Shown here: positions 11,980 to 24,921 of the stretch, piece by piece
Position numbering within the stretch: position 1 is the first letter of the stretch
Layout of the letters: each line of letters starts with the position of its first letter
Assembly: GCA_030704615.1 (NCBI GenBank)
Contig: CM060731.1
Coordinates: 51,274,001-51,338,000, forward strand
Source: Takakia lepidozioides
Lineage: Eukaryota; Plantae; Bryophyta
Direction of reading: 5' to 3'
DNA: 64,000 nucleotides
The notes under the pieces: generated by a model
The model's input: the letters and a program-made list of their open reading frames with translations, nothing else
Database searches by the model: none
What the model was told of the DNA's origin: nothing
Position numbers and translations under genes: made by a program

Positions 11980-13153
11980 CAAGTACTATCTAAGTCTAAA
12001 GCCCCAGGTCTTGATCTCATCCCAAATGCCATACTTCAAGCATTGGACCCCCAACTCCACCATCTTATCTTCAAGTTCTTTCAGCTATGCTACAAACTAC
12101 AACAAATTCCACACTCCTGGAAACATAGCCGCACCATCTTGCTCTTCAAAAAAGGTGACCCTACGGACCTAAGCAACTATAGACCTATTGCACTAGCCAA
12201 CACTATATATAAGTTATTTACCAGTACGCTCACCACAACGCTCTCAAGTTATGGAGAACAACATCAAATTCTCAACAACCCTCAAGAAGGTTTCCGCGCT
12301 ACACGCAGTACCACACGACAAATACAATATGTCATATCCGCCCTCGAAGACGCTAAACTTACAAAACAAGACATATATCTTCTATACATTGACTTTAAAA
12401 ATGCCTTTGGTTCCCTAGACCATACTAGATTACTCGCTATCATGCTTGACCTCGGATACCCCGCCGATGTTGTCCAACTTATAGGAAACATCTACACAAA
12501 CAGTACAACTGAATACTTCGGTATATACTATGGCTCCACCCCACCCATCCCCATTCTCCGGGGTACCATACAAGGAGACACCTTAAGCCCCTCTCTATTT
12601 ATTATCTTCTTGGAACCCCTACTCAGATGGCTAGCCGCGGGTAAGCTTGGATACCAATACAAGACCTCTCCCAGTGACATCTCAGCTGCAGCGTATGCAG
12701 ATGATCTCGCCATACTCGCACATAAATCACAACACTTAAACCGATAGGTCAGCAAACTATCCCGATTCAATCAATGGTCAGGCATGGAACTCAGCTTGCA
12801 CAAGTGCGCTATTACAGCTACAACACATCACAGCCGGCTCTCTAAAGATGCTATTGCCTTGCACTGTTAACTCTATATACACTACCAAAACACGCCCTTC
12901 CCTTTTTTGGGACCCGATGAACCCTACACTTATCTAGACATCCGATTAGTTCCCTCCCTCACCTGGCACATCCAAAAAGAATCTACCTCATCCAAACTCG
13001 CTAATAAAAGCCTATCCCTTCTCAAATCCCCTATTGTCATTCGGCCCAAGCTATCAATCATTAAATCAGTACTGCAAACCCAAATCCAATACTCATTCCA
13101 TGCCGCGCCCTTCTCCCTACCCGACATCAGAAAACTGGATAAAACCATTATCC
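11980..13153 (+). mobile_element. Non-LTR retrotransposon RT core fragment matching the piece missing from the LINE at ~58545
   Basis: SKAPGLD, LFKKGDP..NYRPIAL, QEGFR, YIDFKNAF, GTIQGDTLSP, AYADDL, YTYL. Internal stops. Confidence 0.92.
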
Positions 13154-14325
13154 CTACATCTGACTCCGGGAATGACATTCTCGATAGTCCTAGTAAGGAA
13201 CCGTGCGGAAGCGGATGTGGCTCAAACCTGGAAACAGACAACACACTTGCGAAGTGGGAGGATATCACACTTAGTGACACCGCAATTCTAGACTGGAGAC
13301 CACCAGACATACATGTAGCGACTGATGGACTGGGGGGTGCTACAGAAGAGCAACTAATTCTTGTCGATGCCCCAGCAAGCCTTCACATCACCGCGGAGCC
13401 AGTGCCGTATCAAGGTCGTAGCAGACGACCAACAACTTGCTATGGGGATTGGGCTTATGTTGTCAGTGGCGCCGACCAATACAGCTCCGATTTCTCCAAT
13501 CCTAAGGAGCCAGAAATCTTAGAGGCCGATCTCAAATGCCCTGATGAGCCTCTCACAGTGGAAGAAGCGATGCAGAGCCCAGAGAAGGATGCCTGGAAGG
13601 CTGCCATGCAAGAGGAGTATAACTCCCTGCTAGCAAACAATACCTGGTCGATGTGCAGTTTACCGGCAGGGCGTAAGCTGGTCAGAAACAAGTGGGTCTT
13701 TAAGTTAAAATTCAACCAGCATGGAACAGTCGATCGGTACAAGGCCCGATTGGTGGCGAAAGGCTTTACTCAGAAGGCTGGAATCGACTATCCAGAAACA
13801 TTCAGCCCTGTCGTGAAATTTGACTCAATTTGGACTGTGCTCTCCATTGTTGCCGCAGAAAACCTGGAGATGGCTCAATTCGATGTACAAACAGCTTTCT
13901 TGTATGGCGATATTGAAGAAGATATTTACATGGCATTACCTGCAGGATTTGAGGACCAATGTGAGTTAGTAAAGGTGTACAAGCTGCTGAAGGCGCTCTA
14001 TGGGCTTAAGCAGTCGAACAGGGTCTGGAACCAGAAGTTTAATGATTTTCTTGTTAGATATCAGCTTGTACCATCCTCAGTTGATCCATGTGTCTACGTG
14101 AGCCACTGCAACCCGCGCCTCACACTTCCTCATCTTCGTGGATGACGACATCATATGTTGCCCGAGCAGCTTGGGCATAGCGCACATAATCGAATACATG
14201 GCCGGAGCGTTTGTGATCAATGAAGGCCAACCAGTAGTGTACGTCGGCCTACGGATCACAAGGGATTGCTACTCCACACCATAGAGATAGATCAAATCCA
14301 GTACATCAATCGCCTTCATGAAGAA
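13154..14325 (+). mobile_element. Ty1/copia RT fragment
   Basis: EPLTVEEA..WKAAMQEEY..NNTW..KWVFKLK..YKARLVAKGFTQ..DY.ETFSPV..DVQTAFLYG..LYGLKQS, with a frameshifted FVDD. Confidence 0.92.
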
Positions 14326-15349
14326 TGGTTTAAGAAAAAAATCTCCACTGCAGTCCTACGGGGATTTGAACTCCACTCCTTCCTGACATATGTTGCAAAC
14401 CTGGGAGCCTTCTTGTCCGTGCCCAGATGTTTGAGGGCATCGCTGCAGCCCGTCTTCATTGCAGGATTTCGTTGTGCTTCTTACTACTCTCCAGTTCCTG
14501 TTCTCAGAGGAGGACCTTTCCGGGGAAGGAGAAGGTGTTACTGCAATCTGATGCGGTTCCCTCATGCACAGCGGTGCTGATTCACATCTCCCAGTTCGAT
14601 TATGTGTTGTAACTTCCATCAGACACTGTTGTACTGGGATACCTTTTCCGACAGAGATCACGCTTTGATTCCCGTGGAGGTGGTTGTATCTGCAAACGGC
14701 CGAGAATTCAAGAGGCAGGATGCAGTTCAGGCCTGATGGTGGAAATAGTCGGGGGGTTGCTATGCAGAAGCCTGACCCTACCCCACCTTTGCCGGTATAA
14801 AACGTCACTTTACCCAACTTGTGTTCGTGTGCATGAAGGAAAGGCTGATCGATTCTCAAGTTTCTGAGTGTGCGCGGGTCTGCAGGGTCAGATAAGAGAC
14901 TAAATGGTCCTCATGCTTTTAATATCATCTTTGTGTGTATCTCAGAGAGTTAGGATGATTGTAAAGTTGGTTGGGCTGAGCTCCTCTTGCTGGGATGCAG
15001 TGAGAAAACCTCCGTTTTGCAAGGCCAATGGGGAAGTTTTAGAACCCTTGTGTCCATAATTTTACCACAATTGACTTTAGTCACTGCTGGCACTAATTGT
15101 AGTTACAGAGTTGTTGTGAGGGGTACTCTTTAAACTTGTGATTGATGATTGTGTGAATTTTCAGGAATTTTCACAAGCATGGCTGGAAATTATCATGCTC
15201 AAGTTTGAACGTCAAAAGTTCATCGTGTGCATGATGCTCTTTCCCTCTTGATAGTTGGTAGAAACCGAGATTATGGGGGCCAAGCCTCATCTTTGGCAAA
15301 TGTATGAATTACGCATGCATGGCGACGACTAACATTCAGCTTAAAACTG

Positions 15350-18300
15350 ATGCAGGGGGCTCCACCACTACGAGGAGGGTTCCCAGTAGATTATGGGCCC
15401 CGCGCGGATGACAGGCGGCAGCCATTGGCTTCCCCTCTTTCTAAAATTCCCGCCCACAACAACAACAAAGCAGAGGATCAAGAGGAAGCACCCCCGTCCA
15501 GGCATCTATGGGTGGGCAATATGTCACAAGATGTCTCAGATGAGGTTCTGATGGAAAAGTTTGTGAAGTTTGGGGAGGTTTACAGTGTTACAGTCTATTC
15601 ATCCAGGAACTATGCATTTGTCAACTTCAGGAACCAGGAAGATGCTGTGGAGGCTAAGAAACGTCTGCAAGGTGTTAATCTTTGTGGGCTTGCTATGCGC
15701 ATTGAGTTTGCTAAAGGCGTAAGTTCTACACACTTGTACACATATTTACAGAATGTTCTCCTTTGACTTCATTCCACAAGTGCAGAGGCGATGAAAATTC
15801 CGCCTTGGTTGAGTGCTCCCTCTTACAAGGAACCTCTTTTTCTCTTAGATTTTCTAGCTGGAGTGTCTTGTCAGTAAATGGATCTGGTTCATTTAAAAGA
15901 AAGGTTGACCCCTGCCGAAGTGAGCGTAAAGTATGGTGTCTCTTCACCCCGAAGGCCTACTACCTCCATTGGGGGTTCATGTAAGTATATAGTGAAGGTT
16001 TGGATTCTTTTTCCAACTTATCTCCCCCTAGGGCACCTGTTCTCTGTGTCTCTCTCATTGTGATTGTGAGTCATTGGATAAGTGAACTTGGGAGCTTGTT
16101 TCTTGAAACAATCCAGTATCATTATTCTTAGTTACCTGGAGGTAGGGTTCAAAGCAGGATGAGTTTTGCATGCGGTTGCATTTTGAGTTTTCATATGCAG
16201 GCAGACTTAACAGACACCTGATAGGCAACAGTTAATTAGAGGTTTGTAAAGGTAGGTTACTTATGGTCAAGTCTTGGTGAACATGTAGGGTGTTCGCCTT
16301 TCAATGGCAAGTCAGGATTTCATCCAAAAAGATGAAGTATACAGTTAACCTTGAACAGCCTTGTTGCTTATTGAGAAAACCCTAAGCCTTTGTAATTCTC
16401 CAGCGCATGTGTAAATATTCCCAAGCAAGAGCGCGTGGGACTGATTTTGCATACACCGAGAGCTCCGAGGAAGCCGCAGTCGTCAGAGTATGGCTCTCTT
16501 TAGCTGCCAAGTGTGCTATTTTTAAAAATAGACTTTCCAAGTAATATTTTTTTCCATGGAACAATTCTAATGTTTACAGATTTAAAGGTGAACTTCATCT
16601 TTAATACTTGAGCACATTCTAGGTTTCTGCTTACAAATTGTAGTTTAGATTAAAGTAACAACTGTGGTTATTACTGCTGGAATTGCCGAAATATAATTTG
16701 CACCTAAGAAAGCAATTGATATTACTCGATAACTTTGTGCGTTGATTTTTACTGTTAAAGGAGAGTCATGTCTGGACTGAACGGCACATCCTTGGTAAGT
16801 ACTATTCTCCAAATGAATCAGGAGTCTACTTATAGACATTTTCTTTTTGTACACAGGTAAAGCAGAGTCGACATTTGTGGATAGGGGGGATAGGCCAAAG
16901 CACCTTAAGAGAACAAATTGAAGCAGAGTTCAGAAGATTTGGTGTGATTGAAAACTTCAAGATTTTGCGAGATCGCAATTGTGGATTTATAGACTTTACC
17001 AGGTTGGAGGATGCTGTTGTTGCTGTGGAGGCCCTCGATCACAAATGCATTGGAGATGAAGAATTGCGGGTTGATTATGGATGGTCTCAATCTGTAAAGA
17101 GGGTATGTATGTGCATGGGAACTATGCAAAAGGTTTGTAATTACCTTGTTTCTTGGACTCGTGTTTTGAAAATCCATGTATCTGAGGTGCAGGGTATTTC
17201 ACAACTCTTTCAATTCTATATTACTGTCTCTGTATGAGCTGCAGGAACAGTAAAATTGTAGATTTAACACGTCAGGGCACTGTCAGGCTCATTGTCTGGT
17301 CGCTGATTTATCCGCCTCACTCTTCCGTCTTCTCTTTGCCCTTAAAATGTACCCTTTTCCCTCACTCCACGTTATGTCTTGTTATTATGAATAATATCTT
17401 AGGGCATAGTCATGAATCCTATTTGACATAATGTCTGTACGATTGCTATTTCCTCTGCTTGCATGCCTTCTGTGACATCAGGATTCCTCCAGATGCATTT
17501 GTTGGCACCATGTTCAACTGCTGCGGGGTGACGTATATGAAAGCAGGATCTGCGGGGGGATGAACGAGGCAGTACTCAGAGAGAGCATTGGGGTGCGCCA
17601 GATGATTTCCCAGGACCCTATGATTCTTCCCAGGTTCGTTCTTTCGACTGGACTTTTGTCCATGACCTTGCAAAGCTATACCAAAAGTTCCCATTTTCTT
17701 TTCTTAGAGTGGCACATAATAGCAAAGTTAACAGTATGTGGTTGAAGACTGGTTTCATTATTCACTTTCTTCTTGCTCGGTTTTCACTTGACCAGGGTGG
17801 AGCACCCTTGATGGGATCAGGAGAAATTCGTGGGAAGGTAGACAAAGATGGAGGTCCCAGTGAGGTACTGTGGGTGGGTTTTCCTTTGCTCTCCGAAGTG
17901 GATGAGGAGAGGCTTTTAAGAGCCTTCATGCCATTTGGCGAGATCGAGCGTGTGAAGACTTTTCCGGGTCGGACATATGCTTTTGTGCAGTTCAGGTCAG
18001 TCGAAGATGCTACCCGTGCTAAAGACAACCTGGAGGGAAAGCTATTTGGTGACCCACGGGTCCACATTCGGTTCTCCAAGAGTGAGATTGGGGCCATTGA
18101 TAACTCACGTGATATTCCTCGCAACAATGGTGGTCTTATTTTGCCATCTGCTCGGTGGTTGGGAGATGGGCAGGGTTACACAGCAGATAATGCTGGGGCT
18201 GCACTGGGTCCAAGGGGACATCCCTCACCAGGTGGTGAACGATTTGGCAGCCCTGCTAGGCCCTCCAACTCAACCACCATGCGAATGAGTGGTCTGAGGC

Positions 18301-21191
18301 CAGAGTACCGGCCTGATGGACTCATGGCTGGTTTGGGACTGACTGCTCCCCGTTGCAGCACCAGGAACTCTGAGAGTGAACCCGAGATGGGTTGGGGTTC
18401 TGGGAGAGGGGATGGGCGTCTGGATGCAATAGATTATGCCCGGGGTATGCCTGGTTGCAGATCAGATAGCAGGTCCTCATTTGATGATGTCTGGGATCTT
18501 CCAGACGAAGATATTCTTCCAAGAGACCCGAAGCGAATGCGTGTATATCCAGGAGGGGAGGCCAAAACACCTCGGTTTGACGTAATCTATGGGCTTGGAC
18601 ATCGTGGTGGTGACTTTTATACTGGAACAGGAGGTCTTGATGGCCTTGGAACCACCCGAGGGCCAATTAATGCAGACTACAATCAGGGAAAGGGACCCAG
18701 GTATCACGGTGGCGTATCTGTAATTAGTCCTTATCTGTCACCTGATTCTGCCCTTCCATCCACCGTGAGTCAAGTACCTGCACCCAACTTGGGTCCTGCT
18801 AATCCTGGTTATGCGAAGCGTGATGGTTTCAGTGGAGATAGCGGGGCAACCGCTAAGTGGCATGGCATCATAGCCAAAGGTGGCACACCTGTTTGCCGTG
18901 CCTGCTGCCTGCCTGTCAGCAAAGGCATTGATGTGACTATGTAAGTGTGCTTTCAACTCATCTTCCTGCCCGTCTATTTGTGTTAATGGCAGTCAACAGT
19001 GAACATTCCCTCTAGTATGTGTGTTAGCGGTTGTTTCATGGTTTCATTCAGGCTTCTTGCATGTCGAGCACCTTCGAGTGGATTATGGTACCATGTTGTA
19101 TGTTCTACCACACCATCCAGTGGAACTTCTAATTACAAGCATCTACAGATATAGTGTAGTGGGTGGTTTGGAAGATAAAGAGTCATTGTCATTTCACTCA
19201 TAGTTCTTGTATCAGCCATTTATCTCATCATTATACTTACACCTGTCTGTTTGACTGCGTGTTTACAACGTAATACAAGCTCATCATTGCCATCTGAATC
19301 AGTTTTCTTGCATCAGCCAGCCCTTTTCCCCATCCTTATAATTACAGAGACCCGGAAAGTGGGTTGACTGTGTGGCTGCTTGTTTTCATGTCGCAGCCCG
19401 GACGTGGTGAATTGCACAGCACGGACTGACCTCGACATGTTGGCAAAGCATGTATTTCAGGCAGGTGACTTTGGTGTGGTCTTTTTTGTGCCTGAGGGTG
19501 ATGCTGATGTTCCTCCATACCAAGAGTTCATGAACTATCTTGGAGAGAAGCACCGCGCCGGTGTTGCTAAACTGGCAGATGGTACAACCCTTTTTCTGGT
19601 TCCTCCTTCAGAGGTCTCTGAACGAATCCTGAATATCCATGGTCAGAATTGCTTGTTCGGAGTTGTATTGAAGTTCCGGCAGCCTGTCTCTACAGCAGGT
19701 TACAACCCACAACAGCAGCAAGCTCCTCCTCTGCCACCTCCCCTTTCGCTCAAACAACAGCAATCACCGGCCCAGCATGTGCCACTACATGACTCACCCT
19801 ATTCCCAACATGGTGGGCCCATGATGAACTGCTCTCATCCCCAAGAGCCTGGTGGGCTTCAGGGATCCTCGAAACTGCCACCTCATCAAGGACAGCAGCT
19901 GCAAACAGGGCAAGTTACAAATGGGACTAACTTGATTTCTACACAGTCAAGACACTCACAGCTAGCAAACATTGCAGGACTCCCTGGCCTATTGACACCT
20001 GAGCTTATCGCATCTCTCACAGCATTGCTGCCTCAGCACAGTCAATTGTCATCCAGTGCTGATATCAACTCAGCGGCACCATCGGTCTCTGGCAGTTTGA
20101 ATGTACTTTCTGTAAACAGCAGTATGGCTGCGGGGAGTGCACCTATGAGCAGGGATCCAGCTGTGTTAGGAGCTTCTCCACTACAAGGTGATACGAGACC
20201 AATCTATCAACCCCCCTCACAGAACAATCCTCCATCTGCCCAAGGATGGCCGCCCACTCAGAGCACCCGGCAAGACCAACAACCCGTGTTGGGTGCTTTT
20301 CACTCTCAAGGTCCAGACCAGGGTTCTGTTTTTCCACATGCACCATCTCCTGCTCAGCAACAGCAACAGCCACAACAACCACAGCAGCAACAACAAAGCT
20401 ACCAAATGCAGGAAAATCTTCCATCCCATGGATCTGGTGTACCATCGCCAGCCTCAGCTACCCTTCCTGGCCAGGGCCTTCCGTTTTCTGGACCACCCCA
20501 ATTGCAACAAGGATTCATGGGTGTTCTGGGCCTTAATGGGCAACAGTTTCCGCCCCCACCACAAATTACCAGGCCACCCCAGCAGCCAGTGGGGGTCCGA
20601 ACACAGTTACCGGCTGAGCAGCTGACGCAGCTAACAGCATTGCTGACTCAGCAGCAGCAGCAGCCAGCTCAGCAAAAGGCTTCCACACAGATATTGCAAC
20701 AGCATTACCAACAGCAGCCTTCTCTTAGTCAACCATCACCTTCCTCTCTCCCCTCTCACCAACATTCCCAGCAGTCACAACAAGCTTCGACTCACCAACC
20801 TCAACCATTGCCACTGCAGCAGCCACAGCCATATCAAGCTTTCACCCAGCATCCGCAGACACCAAACTATGGGCAGTTCTCTCTGCCTCATTGGGGTCAG
20901 GGTCTTCCTCTCCAGCCACAAACTCAGCAACCACCTCAGTTCCCCTCGCAGCCACAGTCACTTCCACAGCTGCAGCAGCAACATCGAACTCCCTCACAAT
21001 TCCATGTGGGCAGCTGGGATAGTGGGGCATCCCAGGAAGGGGCTGCCCCAGATTCTAGTCAAGCACAGGAAGCAGGTGAGCCAGATGGGCAAAAGACACG
21101 GTTCCAGGCAACATTGCAGCTGGCGGCTGCACTCTTGCAGCAGATGCAGCAGCAGCAGGAACAGTCCCAGGTAGGTGCTGCACAGCGATAG
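15350..21191 (+). CDS. FPA: Flowering-time/RNA 3'-processing protein FPA-like (SPEN family: 3 RRM + SPOC + Q/P-rich C-terminus), ~1213 aa
   Basis: Exons 15350-15718, 16857-17102, 17547-17633, 17796-18940 and 19397-21191, all GT-AG and phase-consistent (3642 nt). RRMs PSRHLWVGN/SSRNYAFV, LWIGGI/RNCGFIDF and PSEVLWVG/GRTYAFVQF. SPOC WHGIIAKGGTPVC..VNCTARTDLDMLAKH..RAGVAKL.DGTTLFLVPPS. Terminal KTRFQATLQLAAALL. Start codon and exon 3 acceptor are less certain. Confidence 0.9.
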
Positions 21192-24100
21192 CGCGTGGGA
21201 TGTGATGGATTCTGAAGGCTTCGTTGGCCAGGTATGTCTTTCTTGTCATCATTTCTTGTTGCTGTCAGTTCCAGTTTCACACCTGCAGTCCATGTTTGCA
21301 AATGTGTGGGACATAGGCCTCCAGGGAGCAGCCTGGACAGGCATAAGCTCTTAGTTGTGCAGGGGTCCTGCAAGCTCAACATTTACCCCTCCACAGTAAT
21401 TAAATGCTCAGCCAACTTAACAAGCATCCTGGGGTCTCTTGCTTCGTCACTAATTCGATAAATGTAGTGGGACCTTGGGCATGCTTCCTGTTGAGACATG
21501 GCCGTGCTACTTTGAACAAGTTGGCCTTGAAGATTGTCCCCAGACACCGGATCTTAATCCATACCCTCATCATACGAGAGAATTCATCAAAATCTGCAGT
21601 CCACAGAGGAGACCTATTATCAAGGTCTCTGTAAACTGGAATAGTGAAGTCGAACTTTTCTTCTTGACAAGAGTTACCCAACTAAAATGCACTCATCAAT
21701 TACTCAACATCTTGGTTTCTTTCGGCTCAGATTGTACCCTACTTCTCTGGACCCAGAAATGCTGTAGGCAAGTAAAGCAACCCCCTCAACTCTTTGCCCA
21801 TCCATAAATGGGTGACAACTGGCAGCTCAAGTATAGAGAAAGTTGCAGAAGAACACATTCCTCATCCCTACTCATTCCTATCATCTGGTCAAGAGATCTT
21901 CCTGCCCACTTGTTTAAGGTGTCACATCGATACCATGTTAGTGACTGGGTTATATTCTCCATATTACTCAACATGGCAAGTTGTCGATATGAATCCATCA
22001 TGAGACATTTCTGACATCCCCATCATACATATTCTTCAATTAAGATGTGAGTTAGGTTCTTGAAACATACAGCTCTCTGTAGTGACCTCCGGACGGCAGG
22101 TGGACCAGCTGATGAATCACTTTCAATTCTTGCAATGCAAAATCCAAAGTTTGTTGGATGCACCGCGGGACTGCTCACAAAATGTGTAGTCTTATTGTCA
22201 CCCTTCCGGTATCTTAGCACGTTTCCCACTCTACACAGAAACTCCCGTTGGAAACTGACAGTAAATATCTGGTGGAATTTCTGGCGGAGGCGTAGAGTGG
22301 TAGCCAAAATATGTTTAGTGGGTCAATCCTCCAAGAACCTGGTGGGCACCATTACGCAAGATAAACCAATACAAGCTTAAGGTGAGTTATTGCAATGTAC
22401 ACTTTCAAATTAGGGACTTGAAATGTGCGAGTAATTGAACAAGCTTTTCGAACCCCAACTGAAACTGTGGCATGCATTTTCTTGTAAAGCGAGCAGACAC
22501 CTTGAGATATCTGCACCCAGTTTGGTGCACCTTGTGAGCGCCCAAGTTGCTGCTCTGCAAAAGGCTGGACATTAAACTTCCTTTACTTCCTCTTTGGATT
22601 TACAGGGTGATGTTTCTAATCAACAACAGGGCGGAGAGGTGGTCGGACTTAAGAAGCCCATCACTATTACTGAAACACCAACCGAGAACCATAATATTGA
22701 CTTTCAGCATCTTCCTTTTGCATAGAAGCAGAGGGTATATATCCAGAACATGCTCTTTCATTGAAAGAACCATTCATGTATCTTCAAATTCAGTGGCATC
22801 TTGACAAGAATCTGGAGTATTATTTGGCTCCCTTGACTTGTGACTACCATGACAATCACATGCAGGCAGATGACAAGCTACAGTTACATGCAGGGACAGT
22901 GAGAGAGACTAACTGATGTGCATGTAACCTGCTGGCATGACTTGCTCCCATTTCTCCTTGGCTGGTGGTATACTGCCAAGCCGAATGAGTTCTCTCATGG
23001 CAAGTTCTAAATGTTTTGTTCGCAGGTAAGTTTGTACTTGATAGGGAACTCATGCAACTTTTACATGCGTGCAGTACATACATGTGAGCATATTCCCTTG
23101 ACCCCCATGCAGACACCAAAGGGGGGAAAGGGATGATGCTGTGTCCTTCTTTTGCAAACAAGGAAGAAAGCCCCCAGCATTTTACCCTCCCTTCACATCA
23201 GACCACATGTGGTGACGTTGACTGCCCAACTCAACTTGCTTACACGAGCACTCAGGTTACAGTTTAGTGGTTACATGCTCACTCCCTCAACTTGAGAAGA
23301 TAGAATTGAGAAGATAGAACTGTTTCAGTATTGTTGATAGTTCAAGTTTTAGTACATATCGTGGAACACAATGGATCAAAGTATCCTTAGCTTACAGAAT
23401 GCATGTGGTTGGTGAGCTCTCATTCTCAAAGGAGCCATGAGACGAAAAGGTCACAACTATGTATTGGCCGAGGAGCCATGTTAGCAGAACCTGCCAGGGT
23501 TCAGGTACTACCTAACTTCATGGAAATGGAGACCCCATGGACAAAAATTGAGTTCATTTATGGCAAAACATTGGATACTGAACAAATCGACGTGCTAACA
23601 ACAGTGATTGAAAGTAAGTGCATGGCAAAACTGTAACCCTCCTCTTCCATTAAGAACCCAGAGGAGGGGGCTTGTCGTATTCCTCTACAAAGACCTGCAT
23701 TATGGAATCTAATTTGGAGAATGACAGTCAAAAAGAGGAAGAGTTGAGCTCTCGTAAATTAGGGATTGCATGCCGAATGGAGTACATGTCTAAACGGACC
23801 AGATCAGATTCTAGTGGGATTGATTTCGGCCAGTTCAGAAAAACCTTGATCTAAACGTTCAACGCTCTCTGCAGAGCATCACAGCAGTTTCATCCAAGCA
23901 CATGAGCACACCGTCATCATCTCTTCATGATTGAATAATCGGGAATGCCTATTCTTGAAGGTTCTTACTGGTCTGTCAGATTGCAGGACCTCAAGGTCCA
24001 CACCTGCGATTAAGGTCCTGGAAGTGCTGGATGAGGATGAGTGGGAGGAGCACCACTACCTGCCCATCATGAAATGCCCTATGTATATGCACTGCCAGAG

Positions 24101-24921
24101 CAAATGCCGCTCCTCGCATGCACCAGTGGACGATGCCTCCCAACCAGGAGTGAATGGCCATGTGCAGACAATTACCACAAGCTTGGAAGGGATACAAGTG
24201 TCAACTCCAGCGGGAACATTGGGTGCCGAGGCCGAGGAAAAGGAAGGGCCAGAAACTCAGTTCAAGGTAAAGGTAAAGTCGAAGAGCTTACCCAACGTTT
24301 CAATGCAGAAGGTAGAGGCTGAATCTGCATCACCCTCTGGGTCTGAGCCACTTAAAGGCACGAAGGGTTTGTTTTCAGAACCTGATTGGCAGTCTGATAC
24401 AAGCCAGAATGGGAGGCAAAGTCTGCAATTGGAGAGTCATGAGACGGGACACCACATTGCGGACAAGACGGGCAGTGTAATGCTTCCAAGAAAACAGGAG
24501 GTAAGTGGTAAAGATCAGAGTCAGTCATCATTTCTCAGTATTGAGAACTTATTTGGCAAGGTGATTATTGAATTCACAGGGCCATTTATGGAAACTCGGG
24601 CAGGAAATCGATTTGTGCTGATGGCGATTGATCCATACTCTGGTAGGGTGGAGGCTCAACCAGTTGCTAGTAGAACTTCAGCACTCGCTGTTCACTTTTT
24701 GGAGAATGAGATCATCGTACGCCATGGTTGCCCTGATTTGATTCTGTCAGGAAAAGGGAAAGAGTGGAGTGGTGAATTTGCCAAATCCTGTGAAAGGTTT
24801 GGAATTAAACATGAAAGGAGTATATCACCATGGCCAGTGTGAGCCTATAGTGTGAAGGGCAATCAAGACGATTAAAAAGAGCATCACAACAATGGGGATG
24901 ATGGGAGGAGATGAGTGGGAT

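Noticed and set aside
12907-14145. 412-aa ORF as a LINE-copia hybrid protein
   Set aside because: Chance in-frame junction at 13153 of two truncated fragments.
20143-21382. Overlapping and antisense ORFs over FPA exon 5, and similar shadow ORFs over TEs
   Set aside because: Frame shadows of low-complexity coding sequence with no independent evidence.
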